The notes under the pieces were generated by a model. It ran no database searches. It was not told the DNA's origin and saw only the letters and a program-made list of their open reading frames with translations. This document shows positions 13,511-29,527 of a stretch of 64,000 bases of DNA, one piece after another. Location of the stretch: the NCBI RefSeq assembly GCF_006345805.1, contig NC_043018.1, forward strand, positions 17,670,001-17,734,000, in the 5' to 3' direction. The stretch is from Octopus sinensis (lineage: Eukaryota). Positions within the stretch are counted from its first letter, which is position 1, and every line of letters begins with the position of its first letter. Made by a program: the position numbers and the translations under genes.

Positions 13511-13696
13511 CATGTGTATGTATGTATTATGTATGTATATATACACATATTTATGCATATATATAAATCTTTAGTTAAATATATTCAATAAGAATATTAT
13601 ATTCTGAATTTATATTGATTGCTCCATTGTATCAAAGTATTAATACTATTAAAGTATTTATATGTTTAATACGAGCGATATATGTATGTATATATA

Positions 13697-13753
<57 letters not shown>

Positions 13754-14813
13754 TATATATATGTGAGTGTGTGTGTGTAGATATATATCTACTTATCTAA
13801 CGTCAGTATATGAATGTATGTATAGAGATATATTGTTTAGTCGCCATTTGCTTTCTTGCTTTGTTTCTTTTTTCTTCAAACGACAAATCGGAATCTTGCA
13901 ATGCTTTTTTTACTATATGAATGTAATAATGAAATTCATTTAAGTGGCCAGAGGATTTTCAAGTCGGAAGTTAAACTAATAAAAATGCTTTATATATATG
14001 TAAAATAGTAATATTTGAGGATAGTGACATTGTTTGTTTTGTAGATATAGTGCGACTTGACTTTAATCTGGTAGATGTATTTCTGAATTTTCATATTTTT
14101 AAAGGAAAGATTTAAGATAAGTAATAATTCAACAGTTGATTACAGAAACAATAAAATGAAAACATTTTATTTTTGTGGTTGTACGAAGAAAGGTTTTTCG
14201 TGATATTATATTTTGATAATGAAGAAATAAGTAATGAAACTGGTTTGCTGGAATAAAGGATTTCATGGGTACACCCCGGCGTTTCACCATAGAAAAAAAA
14301 TGGACGTTTCTTTTTTAGTAGTCGTAAATGGATAAATTGTTTTTTCATCATGGGGAGAAAAAAGAATTACTTTCATGTTAGACGTTTCTTATTTTAATTC
14401 ATTGCTTATAGAGTACGTAATATTTAAAATATATTATCGTAATTTATTTTAACTAATTAGAAAATAGCTATCAAAATTGACTAACCAGACAGAAATATTT
14501 TTCTTAGGTAAACGGTATTGAATAAATAATCACCAACCTTCTTACTGTGCATTTTCCGGCCTCAGAATGATGGATGACGAAGTGAAACTTGGCAAGATAT
14601 TAAATCGAAATAGTCAAGTAAAAGACAAGTGAAAGACAAAATAATTACATACCACACCTAATCCAGATTACCATTTCTCTCACAAAATTAGTTCTATTAT
14701 ACTTTACGTAAATGTTGTCAAAATACTATATACATGATGATGTGTATAAACTAAAAAAACTGATATATAATTACACACACGCGAACATGTATATATATAT
14801 ATATATATATATC

Positions 14814-14862
<49 letters not shown>

Positions 14863-14926
14863 ATGTATGTATACCGAGAATGTTACTTGCCCTAATGTAT
14901 GTACGTATGTATATATGTGTATTTGC

Positions 14927-14969
<43 letters not shown>

Positions 14970-15077
14970 TATATACATACTTATATATATATACATACTT
15001 ATACGCATGCACTTTTATATATCGAAAGTAACTTAGAATTTTACGTTATAATCCCTCAAATTATTTTTCAATGAAAT

Positions 15078-15138
<61 letters not shown>

Positions 15139-16106
15139 TGCTGTTGTTGTTGTTGTTGTTGTAGTTATTTAGAATAAATTATATAACTTTGGCACAAGGT
15201 GGCAAGTTTAAAAAAAAAACCTAGCGGAATCTATTTGTAATAAAATATTCTGATTGACAGCGCCAATATAAGAATATATTATTCTGAAGTCACAGATTCA
15301 GGGAAATTACCTGAAAAGATACAATCAAATATAACGTTCCCAATGGTTGCCTGCTAAGTATTTAATTAATTCGGGAAGAAAGAGAAAACAAAATGTTACT
15401 GTGGGATTTCGATTGCAGATCCTAAGGTGCTGGAGTGAATATTGCAAGGCATTTTGTTGCACGTTTTACGGTTCTGCAAATTCACCGCCATGAAACGTAA
15501 CAATTTGGGGTTTTTATTTTTTGCTATGAGGCCGGAACTTAGGACGTACGTGCACATCAACCTGATCTGTAGATTGTAAGTTACTAGTACTTTAATTGTC
15601 AATTAACTAAAGTTTAGTGGTGTATTATTTCAAACCGTAACCCAAAGGGTTGAAAAAACAAAAAAATATTTGCTGAACATAGAATCTGGTAATGTATATG
15701 TCCTGTTTGATTTAGTATTTATAATAACTTCGGATCGACTTCAAATATTACGACTTTGTGATTCGACGCATTCCTATCAAAAAGGTAAAGCATTAAAACA
15801 TTTTTGCTTTGTTTAGAATCAGTTCACTCGCAACGAAATCAACAAATTTCCGCTGTTCTTAAGTATTTGCTATGATATTTCCCACGGCTCGAATTATCAA
15901 ATACATGAAATTTAATACCAAAATACTTAGACGTTGCTCAATAAAGATTGCGAAAAATTAATTACTGCTATGAAGGTATTTGCAATACAAAATTTCGACA
16001 ATTTAGAAACAGAAATAAAAGAAATATATGCCATTTTTTGTATGCTTCAATACTTACATAAATATACACACACATACACTCATATATATATATTATATAT
16101 ATATAT

Positions 16107-16156
<50 letters not shown>

Positions 16157-16313
16157 TGTGTATGCGTGTGTGTGTGTGTGTGTGTTGTGTGTGTATGTAT
16201 GTGTGTGTGCGAGTGTGCGAGTGTGCGTGTGTGTGCGTGATTGTGTGTGTACATGTATAAACGCATACACATATATATATATATATATATACTTATATAC
16301 ACACATAGATAGT

Positions 16314-16359
<46 letters not shown>

Positions 16360-17636
16360 CGAGGAATGACTGAAAATATCAGACGCTGACCATGAAAGAG
16401 TAAATCAAGAGCTGTGAAATCTTGAATGCATTAATTTCAACAATTTTTATTAATAACTGCAGCATTGTTTTTTCTGGGTTTTTTTTTTTTTCATTTTCAT
16501 CTGACTGTACCAGGAAGTCTTCAGAAATAACTTATAGATACGTCTCTTAAAAAGTGACGATATTTGACATCGTGGTGTTATAAAGTACTCGCTGTAAAAG
16601 AGTTTTGCCCATTAAGTAAATTCATGCTGACATGGTTACAACATTAGCAGATGATATGCCAGCTTTGTCAACAGCCCAAAAGTGGGAAGCTGAACTTAGA
16701 AGGAAAAGGAGGGGTCTCGAAATGACCATGGTCTGAACGTTCTGCAAATGCCAAGGCCTAGAAAATACTCAATCAATTTCCACCAGATTCCGATGGATAA
16801 CAGGCAATTGACTATTAGCATATCCCGTGAGAGACTTGAGAAGTTGGCACGATGAAGATGAGTGGCACGATGAAGATGCTCGGTGAGTGTCACATTATCT
16901 GATACCTTATCAAAAGCGCGGCAGGGTGATCCCATCACTGGGAAATCTGACATTGCTTCAGACAGATCTTTGGACATTTCTGGTTTCTTCGGGCATTTTC
17001 CAACCCAGGATGAGTGTTAGGTTCCTCACTTTCGGCCAGAGAAATCTATGCAGGGTAAATATCCCACCTGCCCCGTCTCAAACAAGGCCGTGATCATTTC
17101 GTATGCAGGGAGGCTGATGGCCTGATTTGTCTGAGATGCATAAAGCATTGTGTTTATTGACTCAAGAAAGCCACACCACTAATGGAGAATACGATGCGAA
17201 ATTCCAGACGCAGTTACGAAAGGCTATCAATATCAGACGCCCATGAGAAGTGGAGAAAGGCTTCTTCTTTCATCAGAGCAACGCTCCAGCACATACGTCC
17301 TTTGTCTCAATGGCTGCTGTGCATGACTGTCTTGTTTGATCAGCCTCCCTAATCACCTGATTTTGCAGTATCTAACTATCAAGTGTTCTCCAACCTGAAA
17401 AAAAACAGCACTTGGCTAGGAACCAGTATGGCAGTGATGATGACGTCATTTCTGCTGTTGACGATTCGTTTAATCAACAAGATGAAAGATTCCTTCACCA
17501 ATGGGATCTAAACAAGGCAAGACCGATGGAATTAGTGCATGGATTGCAAGGGGCATTATGTTGAGAAGTAAACCTCATTTGGTTATATTCCATGAGAGCA
17601 TCTTTGTCAGCGTATGGTCTTTTCAGTCGACCCTCA
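16360..17636 (+). mobile_element. Full-length (~1.28 kb) decayed mariner DNA transposon
   Basis: TA-flanked imperfect TIRs: CGAGGAATGACTGAAAATATCAGACGCTGAC and GTCAGCGTATGGTCTTTTCAGTCGACCCTCA. Transposase remnants IHADMVTTLADD.PALST..KW, TQDE, FHQSNAPAHTS, PP*SPDFAVSNY and CKGHYVEK*, with many stops and frameshifts. A CGAGG TIR start suggests the irritans/Hsmar2-like subfamily (inference). Confidence 0.9.
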
Positions 17637-17932
17637 TACACGATATGTGTGTGTGTGTCTGTGTGTGCCTATGTGTGTATGTGTGTGTTCATGTATGTAT
17701 GTATGTTTGCATATATGCATCAATATATATACGTGTTTGTGTAGGTATGTATGAGTGTATACATCCTCACATGTATGCATGAATTACATGTATGTTCCTT
17801 CTTTCAATATAATTTAACAACGGCATTTAAAATATGTAAATTAACATCTTGTGTATTGTTTCGGACACACACACACACGCAAATATAATATATATATGCG
17901 TGTGTATATATAAATATGTATTTGTATATATT

Positions 17933-17978
<46 letters not shown>

Positions 17979-19145
17979 GTGTGTGTATGCATGTGCGTGT
18001 GTGTGTGTGTTCGTATAAACATTGTACGTATGTCCAAAATATCAGCAGCTAATTTTTTAAATTCCTCACATAGGATGATGGAGCAGTATACCTGCCAAAA
18101 AAACGCCTGCACTTACTACACGGACGAAGCGCCTTTTTTCTTTCTCTCGTTTTCCCCCCTTTTTAAATTGAATTAGAAATTTATATGAAACAGTTTATGA
18201 TATATGTAAAAATAAAATCAACGGTAGTAGCATTAAACAAATGTGGTGATCATTATTGTATACAGTGGCATTAGTGTTATGAAATATACAGATTGATTCC
18301 TGCTAGGTATTGGAACCGGTTCACCCTTAAGTGTCTTTTCGTATTGATGTATTTTTACGTTTCCATCAATACTTCAATGCGGTGCCCATACATTGTAACA
18401 CAGGCACAAGATAACACATTTTCTTCTGTGAAGGCGGAAGTCGCGCAGCAATTGTCGATAAAATAGTCCCAAGTTGTAACAGACTTGGAAAGTGTTAAGG
18501 AGAAAGATTAACTTTGAGATTATGAATAGCGGAAAATTATAATCATTACTGAATTAATAATCATTCACCTACAATTTCCGTCCACCACCACTCTAAAAAT
18601 AATATTCAGAAACATTTTGTTCACATAGACACAAGGCCAGATAAATAGCATTATTAACAATAAAGAAAACATTGGTTATTTAGTCATGATAGCTGAGCAT
18701 GGTGTAATGTGAGAGTGGTAGGTGTTAGCTAGGAGAGTTCAGAAATATATATGAACTGCTTTCACAATGGAACCGATTTCATATCAGTTTGAACTTCGCA
18801 GTAAAATACAAAACTATGTTAACAACGACAATGATAGTAATAGTTGCTCACAGTGGCAAAAAGGACACCAGTTTCAGATATATTTATAGTGGATTTAGTC
18901 GATAAAATACATGAGATGTTACTTATTTTATTGAGTCTGAAGTCAGATGAAACGTAACTTTCATCTTGCTTGGTTATGAAGATACATACAATACGAATAC
19001 TGAATGTTATTTATACTGAGGTCCGACGTTCTATGTGTCAGATGATAATGCACCAAAGAAGAATTTTGGTATGACCATTATAAACATGATTTAAAACTCA
19101 AAAACAACACAAAATAGTGACGCATAGACAGACACACTCATATAT

Positions 19146-19204
<59 letters not shown>

Positions 19205-19209
19205 TATAT

Positions 19210-19246
<37 letters not shown>

Positions 19247-20674
19247 ATATATGTATATACTTGTATATATATATATATATACAAGTAGACATGTATGTAT
19301 ATATATATATTATTTATATACATATAAACCATTGTATGTATATATATATATATATATATATATCTATATAATATATGCGCACACAGTGGTTAAGTGTAAT
19401 GGTGTGTGTATACATAGGTGTATTTAAAAAAAAATTAAATTAACTTAGAAATTGCGCTGTGTTTCTCTTATCATTTGAAGTTTCAATCAATTTTATTTAG
19501 ATAAGGTTGCCTAAATATCTTTTTATGTGAAAGTATAGTTCATAGTTCAGAAAATAGGTCTCTTTGATTACTTTAATGTAATGAGGATATTTGTTACTTT
19601 AACCTTTTTTTTCTTTCTTTAACAATTATCTTTGATGTTATTTGTAGTTGTTGTTACCATGTCTTCAACAAATCTTGTTTCATTTTCTTATTTAGATCTT
19701 GACAGAGTGAACATATGGTGCAAGTGAGACTAGCCATGATTATCCCGTATCATATCTAACTAAACATTATCTATCTCAAAATCTCGTATCCCATACGTCT
19801 CCCTTCAGCATACCTCAATACACGTATAAGTTTAGCTGCGTTATAAGCAAGTCGTTTGACATTATGCTGCATTTCAATGCGTCTTGTAATAGGAGATTTG
19901 ATAAAATATTTTGGAAACTACAGCTTAAATACTCTCAAAATGTGAGACTTTTCCAATAGTTAAAAATAAGCCAAACTATTACTATAAATAAAGATAAACA
20001 TCCATAAATCTTTTACTTAAGTCCAGCAGATTTAATGATCTAGATTCAAGTTAGATCCTTAAGTAAAGCAGCAGTGAAAATGTTTCAGCCAGTACCCTAG
20101 TCCAATTTGAAGGAATTTTTCTTCTGCAAAAATATAATTTATTTGCTGTAAGATTTAATGTTATATACATTCAAAAGATATTCTGATCGTAAGTAAGATG
20201 TATTTTCAGAAACATTGTATGTGTTTAATCATTTTCATCCATGACAATCGGAGGTTTATTCGCTATTTTCGCATTCGTATATCTGATGCTATCCAATTGC
20301 CCATGCCTACTCCAATATAATATGAGATCACTAAATGATTTTAGCGAGTAGATGATATTTAACTCATTCTCCACTAAGTTTGTTATTTACGTACATAGAC
20401 ATGTGTGGACATTGCAAATTACATTCATGTGCTATGCCTACGTTCCTTTCAAAGACATACCGACCCCCAAGAGTATTGTACGCTGTAGTAAACTTTTGGG
20501 CGGAAATTCAGAAAGGTCGTACACTACCGGCAGTTAAATACCCAATATTGCTTAAATACGTTCACACACAATCACGCGTATCATTTGTAGATATACATAC
20601 GGTATGAATGCGCACACATACGTACATACGACCGGAATATATAAGATCATTAAATTAATATATAATATATATAT

Positions 20675-20755
<81 letters not shown>

Positions 20756-20850
20756 ATGTACTTTAAATGGAAATTTGTCAACATTGCAGAACCACAGCAA
20801 ATCTACAGCATGCATGATTTGTATACATTATCATTATTGCCAAATATATA

Positions 20851-21186
20851 GGGTAAAGACCCCCTTCGGTCATGAATGACCATGGGATTGCAACTAGAAA
20901 GTTACCCTCCTAGACACAAGTCCGGGCAAGGTTGTTTATGGAAGACCAGCAGTCGCCCATGCATACCACCCTTCCCTCTCCACGCCACCAGTGTTATCCA
21001 AGGGAAAGACAAAGGTCGATACAGCTTGGCACCAGTGACGTCGCAACTCATTTCTACAGCTGAGTGAACTGGAGCAACGTGAAATAAAGTGCTTTGCTCA
21101 AGAACACAACACGCAGCCCGGTCGGGATTCGAGCTCACAACCTCACGATCGTAAGTCGACGCTCTAACCACTGAGCCATGCGCCTT

Positions 21187-21188
<2 letters not shown>
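20851..21188 (-). mobile_element. tRNA-derived SINE family D (V/CORE-like central domain), full length
   Basis: Minus strand TGAAGGCGCATGGCTCAGTGGTTAGAGCG (A-box), GAGCTCGAATCC (B-box), TGTGTTCTTGAGCAAAGCACTTTA..TTGCTCCAG. Older copy at 55270-55622. Confidence 0.88.
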
Positions 21189-21233
<45 letters not shown>

Positions 21234-21244
21234 TATATATTATA

Positions 21245-21313
<69 letters not shown>

Positions 21314-21952
21314 CTATATATACATATATGCTCGCGTATATATGCATATATATAATATAAATATATATATATTCATATGTATATATATAGACATATATAA
21401 ATATGTTTACATACTGTGTGTATAATTCAGTGATAACAGAACTGCCTTCAAAAGCTTTTATCTTCCTAGTGTCGTATGTGTATCGTGATATTTCTTTAAG
21501 CCACTTCGAAATAATTTTACTATATTTTAAAGATGCGGTTGAATGTGTAGCTCAGCAATGCCTCTAATGATTTTGATCTTACGGATTTACCAAGATATTA
21601 TTTTAATACAAAAGATACAATATCTTGCGTGTTTTCGGAAATGGGGAATTGTTCCAAGCAATGTTTTCCATTAAATGTTACACAAAATCTCTGAAGAACT
21701 TTAAATGAGGCTAATAAGGATTAGATACAGAATATAATATTAATGTCAGTAGTTCTATAGTAGACAATATTAAAAGCTGAAATATGTTCATTTTTGTTTA
21801 TGTGTAGGTTGATAATAGGACACCGATCGCCTATCGATAATCTCATCTACTCTTCACTATCCGTTGCACTAAGTCTGACATTCTATAGGCAAATACACAA
21901 ACATATATATGTGTGTGCATATATACATACACACACACACACTCACACACAC

Positions 21953-21996
<44 letters not shown>

Positions 21997-23789
21997 CATA
22001 GGTACACACGCATATATAGCTCTTTCATTTTAAAACATTTCCGTCTGGATAAATTAACACTGAATGCAAATAATTTTAATTGAACCACCGGCACCATTCG
22101 AAGCACTTAACGTATGTGCTATATATTTTCCCTTGTGCGGTAGATATGTTCAAAGTATTCGTCTTTGCAATAACGTAGTTGACACAGAATGTAATCTGCT
22201 CGATAACATCAGAAACGAATGTAATAAATATTGGCAAGTGTACCGCGTTACCCTGACCAACATTCGTGCCTCTTTTCCTCTTGTTCCCACTGGGAGAGAA
22301 CTATAAACACTCAGCTAGATTAAACTATCACTAGATCTAATCACTCTGCCTTTTCCCTCTAATATTACATTTAAAGTATTAGGCTAATTTTTGATATTCA
22401 TTCCAAAATTTCTCGTGGTTTGTGTTATTCCCATTGAAATATAACGTTGTATATTCATTATTTAAACGATGTTAACCATATCAACCCGCTTAAATATTTC
22501 TCTTAAAGCCTGTAGATAACGTTAAATATATAGGACGCCGTCTTTGCAATCAAAAGACCATATGTTGTACCCCAACATAGCACAAAAATATGTTCCTTAT
22601 AACTGGCCTCGAGTCGAGGCAAACGTGTGGAAATTTGATAGATAGGGTATATGTATGGACCCGGGAATGGCTGTTACCTGTAATTAAAATTTGGAAAAGT
22701 GGGTTCCAAATTGTCGCTCTGTTGTCGAACGCGGTGTAATTGAAGAGAAGAATAACTGGGGAATAATCATGTACGTATATATAAAAACATCGCTTTTTGC
22801 TTCAAAAAACAGTCCGTGAATTTCCTACATTTACCCTCGTAACTAGTATCTTAGATCATTGTTTATATTGATTTATCTTGTTGAAGTTACTATCGTATTA
22901 TAGATTCTAGCGGTTTGACTGTAGATCGTCTGCATAAATAGAAAATATCATAAAATATTGTAGCTATGATATCATATTTTATGAGGCTGACTTTACTTTT
23001 AAATAGAAAACCTCTTCCGAAACAGAATTGTTTAGATTTCATGATAAAAGAACAAACAGCGCTTTAAACAAAAAATGAACATGTAAATAGAATTTTAGTC
23101 ACTTTGTTTTATTGGAAATGGTAACATGTAGAATTAGATTTAATTGTAATAAAGTTTGCAACTCAAAATACGTAAACGAAAATTGTTTATACTGAAATGA
23201 AAATCAAAATATTTCAAAGATGATTAAATATCGGTCATTGATGCTATATGGCATTAAAGAATTATGGCATTATATTCAAGAATATATCTGAGAACAATAA
23301 ATATATTTCATAGGTTATGCGTGAGAAGAAAATTACTATTTCTTACGTCATTATAAATTATCCAAAAATATTTTTGTTTTATATAAATAACAATTCATAT
23401 ATTTAGAACAAAAATATCGCAATTATAGAATAGCAAATATTTGCTCGGCATAAAAAACTCTAAATATTTCATGAATTGTCTTTGATCTAAATGATTTAAA
23501 TTCATTTGTTGCTGATGGGAAGAACAAACCAAGGCTATGACCTGAACAACAGGAGATGCTTATATTAACCAAATTACGTCTATTATTTTATAATTTTCTT
23601 ACTACAAGCATTAAGGAAAAAAAAAAGGTAAATGCTTTAGAATTTTTATGAACTAAAATTTTAAATAACTATTTTAGGGAAAATAATGAAAAGTTTAGCA
23701 ACGAAATGTCAATGAATGATAATGGAAGTTGATGAGTCACAAAAGCATTGTTAATAATTATAATTTTTAAACTTATAAGGGATATTTTT

Positions 23790-23793
23790 ATTA

Positions 23794-23848
<55 letters not shown>

Positions 23849-23868
23849 GATTATTATTATTACCATTG

Positions 23869-23916
<48 letters not shown>

Positions 23917-24305
23917 TATATCTGCTATTAATATAATCATAATCGTTAGTTGAATTCAAATATTAGCGATAACAATGCAAAGAAAACAAGAACAATATCA
24001 ACAGCAACGATAACAAAAACAGTAACAACAACAGCAATGATAATAATAACAAGAATAATAATAATGACTATGACGATGATGACGATGATGATGATGATGA
24101 TGACGATGATGATAATGATGATGATGATGATGACGATGATGATGATGATGTTGATGGTGGTGGTGGTGGTGGTGGTGGTGGTGGTGGTGGTGGTGGTGGT
24201 GGTGGTGGTGGGGGGGTGGTGGTGGTGGTGGTGGTGGTGGTGGTGGTGGTGGTGGTGGTGGTGGTGGTGTTGGTGGTGATGGTTGTGTTGGTGGTGGTGG
24301 CGGTG
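23790..24305. repeat. Compound trinucleotide array (ATT)n - (AAC/AAT)n - (ATG)n - (GGT)n
   Basis: Directly visible; explains the poly-I/M/V/W/P/H pseudo-ORFs. Confidence 0.95.
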
Positions 24306-24309
24306 GCTT

Positions 24310-27050
24310 TAGGAGATTCACTCCCAATGTTAAAATAAACAGAGATAGAAAATAAATTCCAGAATACAAACTATATAAATTATGCCCAACTATCAGACAT
24401 AGCACAAAAGAAAAATACAATTTTCCGAACTTAAATGACCGAGGTGGACCGAACATACACACGACAAACAAAATAGGGAATTTAAATAGAGCTTTACTAA
24501 AAATACCTACAGAAATAATCAGCAGGGATTAAGTAAAAAAAACAACATGTACAAAAATATTGTTAAATGTAGATGTGAGGAACACTTAAATATATGGAAC
24601 AGTTAACGTGGTAAAATATGAATTTAGAAACCAAACTAATCAACAATATACACCCCAAGGATGAAAACAAATCACAATTTTTGTCTAACGCAAATATAAG
24701 TAAAAGGGACACGAGAATAAATACGGAACGAATATACTTACAAAGATTCGAGGGTAATTACCTACTTATATCCAATATAACAAACCCAGAGTAAACAATA
24801 TAGCAGAAAATTACCAAAATATCACGAAATAAGGGAAGGGATCTTTTAATAATTAATACAAATGGTAAGGAAATATAGAACTAAAAAATAACAAAATGAT
24901 ATGCAATATAAACTAAAAGATATAAAAGTATTTAAAATAAGAAAATAATCCTAGCTAATCAGACGAGAGATAACAACGATTCCTTGAATAAATATTGCGA
25001 TTTTATCGGAAACAATTTCATTGTAAAGAGATACTTAATACTAAAGCCTGGATTAAAAGAAAAAGAAATAATTATTTGGAAGTGGATGGTCTGAGAAGAA
25101 TTCAATACCGCAGTGATTGTTGTTTAAACAGGTAGGAACAAAACAATGCCATAAATATCCGGGATGTATTTCAGATGTGTCAAACAACAAACGCACCTGA
25201 ATTCAGAAGACTATAAAAATGTCTCACACTTCCGCATATAACAAATACAAATAAGGCGCCAGCAGAAAAGTCTGATAAGATATTAAAAGAGGAAATAAGT
25301 GCGGAGAAGCAGCTCATGCTAAAAACTAGAAATTCAAATCTTCTCTTCTGTAAGGTTAATGCAATTTTGACTGCAGTGCTATCACAAGGAAGAATGATGT
25401 GTTTAAATGAAAACGGAACGATCTTTGAACAGAAGTGATTTGATTGATTAGAAGTACATCATTGAAAATGGGGAAAATAGTATTGGTATGGATGAGATTC
25501 ACAGCTATATTTCCTTTTTGTGTCATCCTTAAAGTTTAATGCAAGAAACATAAAACATATAAGCTACCGCAGTATATGAAACAGTATTGTAAATAGAAAG
25601 AAATGTGAGAATTATAAACTTAACCTACATAATAACATGGAGAAATATTTCATGAGGACTATCCTTCTTAAATGCTTTTCAACATGGACGAAACATTTTA
25701 GACTAACGTGTCCAATGAAGGTAGGTCCATATAAGACGCTACGATATCTCTATTAAAACGACGTGCAGACTGCTGTTAGTTCAAACAACTTGAGGCTGAT
25801 TTACAAAAAGAATTCTGATATTTGGATTACGAAAATGCAAGAGGTCAATCTGGAACAGATGAACTTTAATAAACAACGGTACATCATAATGTTAGTACAT
25901 AAGAAAATGAAGTAGGTGGAAAACATACTTATAAATACTTAGATCTGAATGAACTAAAAAATAATATCACGAAAGCAGAAGCAGTAAATATTTTAGATGC
26001 ATTACAACAATATCTAGAACAGAATTATGATCCAGTTCTCTAAACTGAAGCTATGCACTAATATGGTTATATTTATAACTGGACGGTGAAAGGAAAAAAA
26101 ACTAATATAATTTGATAAGAAAAATAAGGAAGAAAACCTAAAATATCGAAGAAAACCAGCGTTAATGAATAAATCCTCGAAAAACTGAAATACAAAGAAG
26201 ATATTTACCATAAATATAAGGTGATAAGCTTCTTAGGCAACATGTAGGAAATAAATAGCTCCAATTTACGAAGCAAATAAAGGAAAGCACATTCTTCAGC
26301 CATTAAATACATCAAATATAAAACATGGAGTGAAATGGCAGCTGTGAAAAGCAATTTTAAAGGAACAAGAAATTTTGTCAGCAGCTTAGAAAAGCTACAT
26401 AAATTGCGTGTATGAAATGAGGACGAAGAATTCGATATGGGTAATACCTGGAAAATTTGAGTTGGAACATACAAATGTTGCAGGAAGAGATGCGAATAAT
26501 AGGAGACAAAGATTACACCGAATTATTCTTGTGACTGTGCGAGAAACAACCAAATGCCTGAAAGCAAACAGAATATTTAAATAACTGAAGAAGACAGGGA
26601 AGTTGGGGAAAAAATTAGAACTTTGTTACCGGCAGTTATATATTGGCTTGAATCAGATACGGGAAAGGCAGAGTTGGAATTTTGATACGTTGGAAGATAC
26701 ACCATCATTATGAAATAGTAGGAGAAATAATGAGGGTATAAAATAAGACTCGAAAAGATAAAACAGAATGACAGGGAATATTTACTATATTCCTTAGATC
26801 AAAACTAACCATGAGATACTATTACGAAGGAGAGAAAGAGAAAAAGTGACACCAAAGTGAAGCAGCAATGAAAACAGATGTTAATATATCAAATAAACAA
26901 AGATTTATTCAAATATCAAGAGACATTGATATATGTGTCGAAAGGTAACAGAAATAATCCTTATATTTATAGGTACCTTGGGGATGTTTACAAACCATGC
27001 TGACATACATAACCGAAATTTCAAGTTATAACATATAGATGAATTATGAA
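24310..27050 (+). mobile_element. Possible highly decayed LINE (L1/Tx1-like endonuclease region)
   Basis: About 2.7 kb of strongly A-rich plus strand without microsatellites, with faint EEP-endonuclease-like fragments (FNAR near 25535; TWR..SF..HGRNILD near 25640-25705). No intact frame. Confidence 0.3.
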
Positions 27051-27090
27051 AAATACCATCGGCACGTACTACATACACGCACACTTTCAG

Positions 27091-27136
<46 letters not shown>

Positions 27137-27254
27137 ATGCACAAACACACACCCACGTTTTCAACAGAAAACACTGAACGGAAAGTAAAATACAAGGTCC
27201 ACTTTCTTTAGTTAGTCCTTTGAAAGCATGCAACAAGATGAAGATTTCCGATTG

Positions 27255-27310
27255 GTCATAACAATAACAATAATAATGATGATGATGATAATGATGATGA
27301 TGATATATAA

Positions 27311-27344
<34 letters not shown>

Positions 27345-27410
27345 GTAACAATAATAATGATGATGATAATAATAATAATAATGATGATAATAATAATAAT
27401 AATGATGATG

Positions 27411-27441
<31 letters not shown>

Positions 27442-27645
27442 TAATAATAATAATGATAATAATAATAACAATAGTGATGATGATGATGATGACAATGATG
27501 AAGGTGATGATGATGGTGATGATGATGATGATGAGGAGGTGGAGGAGGAGGACTGTAATGATGATGGTGGTGGTGGTGGTGATGATGATTATGATGATGA
27601 TGATAATGATGATGATGAGGAGGAGGAGGAGGAGGAGGAGAGGAA
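27255..27645. repeat. Compound (AAT/ATG/GGT/AGG)n trinucleotide array
   Basis: Directly visible. Confidence 0.95.
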
Positions 27646-28022
27646 ATTGGTAATATATAAATGGGACGAAATATTGGTTGCAAGTATATGAGACAATTGT
27701 GATATTTGGGATAATATCTACGTTGATGGGATTAGAACAAATATATTCCTGATTTAAGGTGTGTGAAAGTATAACGTGTATTCACGTAACACAAAACAGA
27801 GTGGTGTATACGTATACACACATACATACGTGTGTGTGTGTGTATGTATATGTATATATGTATAGATGTATACATATATAAATATAAACACACATATATA
27901 CATACATATATATATATATACTTATGTATTCTTACTTTCATATACGCACTCATATACGAGTGTCTGTGTTTATGTATATGTATATATAATATATATAATA
28001 TATATATATATAGTTATGTATG

Positions 28023-28069
<47 letters not shown>

Positions 28070-28116
28070 GTATATATATATATATTATATATATATATAT
28101 ATATATAATATATATA

Positions 28117-28151
<35 letters not shown>

Positions 28152-28471
28152 ATATAAATATTTGATTTTCAATGAAAGTGCAAATGTGTTTAGTGAAGTT
28201 GTAAGATTATTTATAACCGTTTACAGAATATTGTAGGAAAACTTATTTTTTTACAATGGAACAATATTCAAAATTGATAGAAATTCATTGTTCTCCATTC
28301 TTTGGATTCTATCAGATTGTTTTGTACATTTTTCAAGCTTCACTTGTAGTTTAATGAAAAGGAAAAATTAAAAAATATATAAACAAAAACACATAAAATA
28401 ACAATTCAAATAGGCGACTTCATCAACACTGATACATGTATGTATGCATGTATGTATGTATATATATATAT

Positions 28472-28603
<132 letters not shown>

Positions 28604-29484
28604 ATAATATTCCAGCTGCGACAAAATCAAATTTAGTTTTTCATCCTTTTAGTGTATTACAATGGAGTAATATACACACATGCAGGCACAGGTCCGTATG
28701 CATATATATATATACATATATATATATACATGTATGTATATATATATATGTACGTGTGTATGGGTCAAACATACGGAAAAATATACCCATATATATATAC
28801 GGATTTATATACAAAATATACATACATATATGTATATATGGTGAAATAAGATATGCATATAAATGCGCGTACACTCATAGCATTGTGTTGGCTTTGCTTT
28901 AATAAAATCCATGAAATAAGTTGCAAATGCGCATGCGCATTTTCCTGTACATGTATTTTCATCGCACACCGTGTCGTATTGCACTGCTAAAGAATCTGTA
29001 TTACTGTCACGTCCATTTTATACCGTATGAAAATCTCAACTTTCTTTTTTTCTTTTTTTTTTTGGAAAAATGCCCTTCTTCGATATTTTTTATACACATT
29101 GCTTTTTTTTACAAATGTAATTCATATATTTTTATTTACAAAATGTCATTCTATAAATTATTCAGTTCAGAAAATGTAATATATTTGGAAATGATGTCAT
29201 CCGTTAATCCATTAATCCGTTGAAGTAATCAGCCTTGCCAATGCATTTTAATCATTTAACAATATATGCAAATGACAATATAAGTATATGTACATATAAT
29301 GCAAACGTATGCATATATATATATATATATACATATTTGCAAGATTTACATACAAGTATGTATATAAGTATACACACACACATATTTATGTATATACATG
29401 CAAACACGTATATATATTATATATATATATATATAATTACATGTGTGTGCCTGTGTTTGAGTGAATGTGGTTATGTATGTCTAA

Positions 29485-29527
<43 letters not shown>

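Noticed and set aside
21110-21188. tRNA-like sequences (also at 2680-2748, 52180-52250, ~56010-56060 and ~62500-62545)
   Set aside because: The A/B boxes run into SINE bodies or are fragmentary, with no complete acceptor stem. They are SINE heads, not tRNA genes.
25676-25700. FNMDET, resembling the pogo/Tigger catalytic motif
   Set aside because: An isolated six-residue match with no other pogo motifs or TIRs.
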